Assembly (NCBI GenBank): GCA_963776345.1
Contig: CAVZMH010000015.1
Span: 64,001 to 128,000, forward strand
Reading direction: 5' to 3'
Source of the DNA: an uncultured delta proteobacterium
Lineage (GTDB): Bacteria > Myxococcota > Myxococcia > Myxococcales > Myxococcaceae
DNA length: 64,000 nt
Part shown: positions 61,461 through 64,000 of the stretch, piece by piece
How the letters are laid out: each line of letters begins with the position of its first letter
Position numbering within the stretch: position 1 is the first letter of the stretch
The notes under the pieces: generated by a model
Told to the model about the DNA's origin: nothing
Database searches by the model: none
What the model saw: only the letters and a program-made list of their open reading frames with translations
Program-made: the position numbers and the translations under genes

Positions 61461-62360
61461 TCAGCCACCCCGCTCTTCCCAGAAGACACCGAGCCCCTCC
61501 ACGCACCGCTCGAGCCAGCGGACACGCTCCGCGGTGAGGGCCTGCGCGTTGGCGCTCTCGACGTCCACCGTCCCCACCACCCCCCCCGGACCCGCGATGG
61601 GAAAGATGGCTTCCGCGCGCGTTCCCTCCAGGGTCCCCAGATGCCGGGCGTCGTCGCGCACGTCCTGGACGATGACCGGTCGGCCGCTCGCCACCGCGGC
61701 GCCGGTCAGACCCTCCGTCCGCCCGAAACGCGGGTGCGCCGGCGGTCCGGGGCCCGACCAGCCGCGCACCTCGACCTCGCTCGGGCCCACGTCGTAGAGG
61801 CCCACCCAGCGGAAGCGCCCCGAGCGACGGAGGATCTGCGCCAGCTCGCGCGCGACCACCTCGCGGTCGTCCGGATGGGCGAGCCGCTCCGCCAGCAGCG
61901 CCACGGTGCCCTCGGCGTCGCGCTCGGGCCCGGGGGCGATCTCCAGCAAGAGCTCGAGCGCCTCGAGGTAGGAGTCGAGCCCCCGCCCCGCGCAGAGCGC
62001 GGCCCGTACGTCGGCGAGGACGCTCACCCGCCGCCACGGCTCGCGCTTGCTCACGTCCGAGAGGTGAACCTCGATGCACGGCAGCGACACCGCGGCCACC
62101 GCGTCGCGGAGGGACCAGGCGTAGTGGGTCAGCGCGCCGGGATTGAACAGCACCCCGTCCGCCCAGCGCCGCTCGGCGTGGAGCCGGTCGATGAGCGCGC
62201 CCTCGTGGTTGCTCTGGAAGGTCCGGACCTCCGCGCCCAGGTGCCGGCCACGCTCGCCGATGCGCGCGTCGATCTCCTCCAGCGTCGCCCGCCCGTACAC
62301 CGCCGGCTCGCGCTCCCCGAGCAGGTTCAGGTTCGGGCCGTGGAGGACCAGCACCCTCAC
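61461..62360 (-). CDS. aroQ: Type II 3-dehydroquinate dehydratase fused to a C-terminal GAF domain
   Basis: HGPNLNLLGEREPAVYG, FQSNHEG, NPGALTH, EVHLS; then WVGLY...GLTGAAVASGRPVIVQDV...DVES. Confidence 0.9.
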   Translation of the reverse strand: MRVLVLHGPNLNLLGEREPAVYGRATLEEIDARIGERGRHLGAEVRTFQSNHEGALIDRLHAERRWADGVLFNPGALTHYAWSLRDAVAAVSLPCIEVHLSDVSKREPWRRVSVLADVRAALCAGRGLDSYLEALELLLEIAPGPERDAEGTVALLAERLAHPDDREVVARELAQILRRSGRFRWVGLYDVGPSEVEVRGWSGPGPPAHPRFGRTEGLTGAAVASGRPVIVQDVRDDARHLGTLEGTRAEAIFPIAGPGGVVGTVDVESANAQALTAERVRWLERCVEGLGVFWEERGG

Positions 62361-63454
62361 CGGAACGCCTCCAGGGCCCGGTCGATGGCGAAGCCGAGCA
62401 GCTCCTCGGAGAGCGCCGGCTCGATCGCCCCGCGCCCGATGCCCTCCAGGACGACGTAGCGGATCTTCCCCGCGCTCGCCTTCTTGTCCCGCCCGAGCGC
62501 GGCCCGGACCTGGTCGCGAGCCGGCCGGGGCACCGCCGGAGGCGCCGGAAAGCGCTCCAGCACTGCGAGCACCCGCCGCGCCTCCTCGGCCCCGAGCCGC
62601 CCCAGCCGCTCGGAGACCGCGACCGCGGCCCGCATCCCCAGCACCACCGCCTCGCCGTGGGTGAGAGGCCCGTGTCCCGTCGCCGCCTCCAGCGCGTGCC
62701 CGACGGTGTGCCCGAGGTTGAGCAGCATCCGGGGCCCGCGCTCGAGCTCGTCCTCGGAGACCAGCCGGGCCTTGAGCGCCGCGGTGCGCCCCACCACGCC
62801 CGCCCAGCCCTCGTCGTCCTCCCCTCCTCCGCCGAGGGCGGGCAGCGCGGTCTCCAGCTCGTCGAACAGCTCGCCGTCGAGCACCAGCGCGGTCTTCACC
62901 ACCTCGGCGAGGCCATTCCAGCGCTCCCGCGGCGGGAGCGTCCGGAGCGTCGAGACGTCCGCCACCACCCGGGCCGGCGGATGGAAGGCGCCGATGAGGT
63001 TCTTCCCCAGCCGGTGGTCGATCGCCACCTTCCCGCCGATGGACGAGTCCACCTGCGCGAGCAGCGTGGTCGGCGCGTGCACCAGCCGCATCCCGCGGTG
63101 GAAGGTCGCCGCGACGAAGCCCGCCAGGTCGCCGACCACGCCGCCACCGAGCGCGAGCACCGTGTCCGCGCGGCCGAAGCCCGACTCGATGAGCTGCGTC
63201 CAGAGCGCGTCGGCCCGGGCCAGCGTCTTGCTTCCCTCGCCCGGCGGGATCTCCAGCAGCACCACCTCGAGTCCGGCGCGGGCGAGGTCCTCCCGCACCC
63301 GCTCTCCCCAGAGCGGCCGGACGTTGGAGTCGGTGACCACCGCCACCCGGGCGCCCGGGCCCGCGCTGGCGAGGTCCTCCGCCAGCCCCCCGAGCAGCCC
63401 CGGGCCGATGTCGACGAAGTAGCTCCCCGAGCGCGAGTTGACCGTCACCCTCAC
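62357..63454 (-). CDS. aroB: 3-dehydroquinate synthase
   Basis: GGGVVGDLAGF, PTTLLAQVDSSIGGK, KNLIGAF, LNLGHTVGHALE. Confidence 0.97.
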   Translation of the reverse strand: MRVTVNSRSGSYFVDIGPGLLGGLAEDLASAGPGARVAVVTDSNVRPLWGERVREDLARAGLEVVLLEIPPGEGSKTLARADALWTQLIESGFGRADTVLALGGGVVGDLAGFVAATFHRGMRLVHAPTTLLAQVDSSIGGKVAIDHRLGKNLIGAFHPPARVVADVSTLRTLPPRERWNGLAEVVKTALVLDGELFDELETALPALGGGGEDDEGWAGVVGRTAALKARLVSEDELERGPRMLLNLGHTVGHALEAATGHGPLTHGEAVVLGMRAAVAVSERLGRLGAEEARRVLAVLERFPAPPAVPRPARDQVRAALGRDKKASAGKIRYVVLEGIGRGAIEPALSEELLGFAIDRALEAFR

Positions 63455-64000
63455 GGCGCCGCCCCGGGCCGGAAGAGCGGGCCCTGCAGCGAGCGCAGGA
63501 GCCCCACCAGCGCGCCGGCCACGGCGTCCAGCCCGAGCCCACCGGTGTCCAGCGTCAGGTCCGCGCGACGGTAGAGGTGACGCCGTTCGCGGAGGAGCGC
63601 GTCCAGCGCGGCGCCGGCGTCTCCGGCCAGGAGCGGCCGGAGCGAGGTCTCGCTGCCCAGGCGCCCGAGGAGCGTCTCCCTCGAGGCGGTGAGACCGAGC
63701 ACCACCCCGCTGCTCCGCATCGTGCGCCACGCGGCGTCCCCCAGCACCACCCCGCCGCCCGTGGCGACCACCGCCGCCGGCCCCTTCGCCGCCGAGCCCA
63801 CCGCCTCCGCCTCCAGCGCGCGGAACCTCGGCTCGCCCTCGGCCCGGAACACCTCGGCCACCGACTTGCCGGCGCGCTCTTCCACCAGCGCATCGAGGTC
63901 GAGGAAGGGCAGCCCGAGGAGCACCGCCAGCCGACGGCCGGCCTCGGTCTTCCCCGCCCCCATCGGCCCCACGAGCCACACGTGACCGGGCCGGGTCCGG
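63451..64000 (-). CDS. aroK: Shikimate kinase; start may lie beyond the window end
   Basis: GPMGAGKT, DLD, GE..FR, ATGGG, RPLL. Confidence 0.93.
   Translation of the reverse strand, partial: RTRPGHVWLVGPMGAGKTEAGRRLAVLLGLPFLDLDALVEERAGKSVAEVFRAEGEPRFRALEAEAVGSAAKGPAAVVATGGGVVLGDAAWRTMRSSGVVLGLTASRETLLGRLGSETSLRPLLAGDAGAALDALLRERRHLYRRADLTLDTGGLGLDAVAGALVGLLRSLQGPLFRPGAAP

Overview
High-GC chromosomal window from a myxobacterium-like organism (Myxococcota), inferred from tgl, a Hanks kinase with FHA partners, a myxobacterial-type DksA and gene order. It is mostly core genome. In order: partial rel (RelA/SpoT), FHA-Ser/Thr kinase-FHA, MFS, dksA, a DacZ-like diadenylate cyclase, a PspA-like/vWA/MoxR-AAA trio behind dnaK, PIN-PhoH, greB and two tRNAs (Lys-UUU, Glu-UUC). 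A small accessory patch follows, with a PstS-like protein, a two-component pair and an outer-membrane protein. Then divIVA, polA, two large lipoproteins, glyQS, recO, tgl, a DmpA peptidase, a tandem ATP-grasp ligase, hemB, a photolyase, the full trpEGDCFBA operon and aroK-aroB-aroQ(GAF). No CRISPR array, prophage, integrase or transposase was seen. The most interesting observations: (i) the MoxR/vWA/PspA-like module; (ii) a 186-bp CTAG-flanked MITE at the recO stop codon; (iii) recurrent TANNNT boxes just upstream of starts, several built from the upstream stop codon; (iv) an AroQ-GAF fusion; (v) a 34-aa basic protein absent from the ORF track; (vi) a binding-protein-coupled two-component cassette with a repeated palindrome. 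Several single-base frameshifts look like sequencing or assembly errors. All calls come from reading motifs by eye; no database searches were run.
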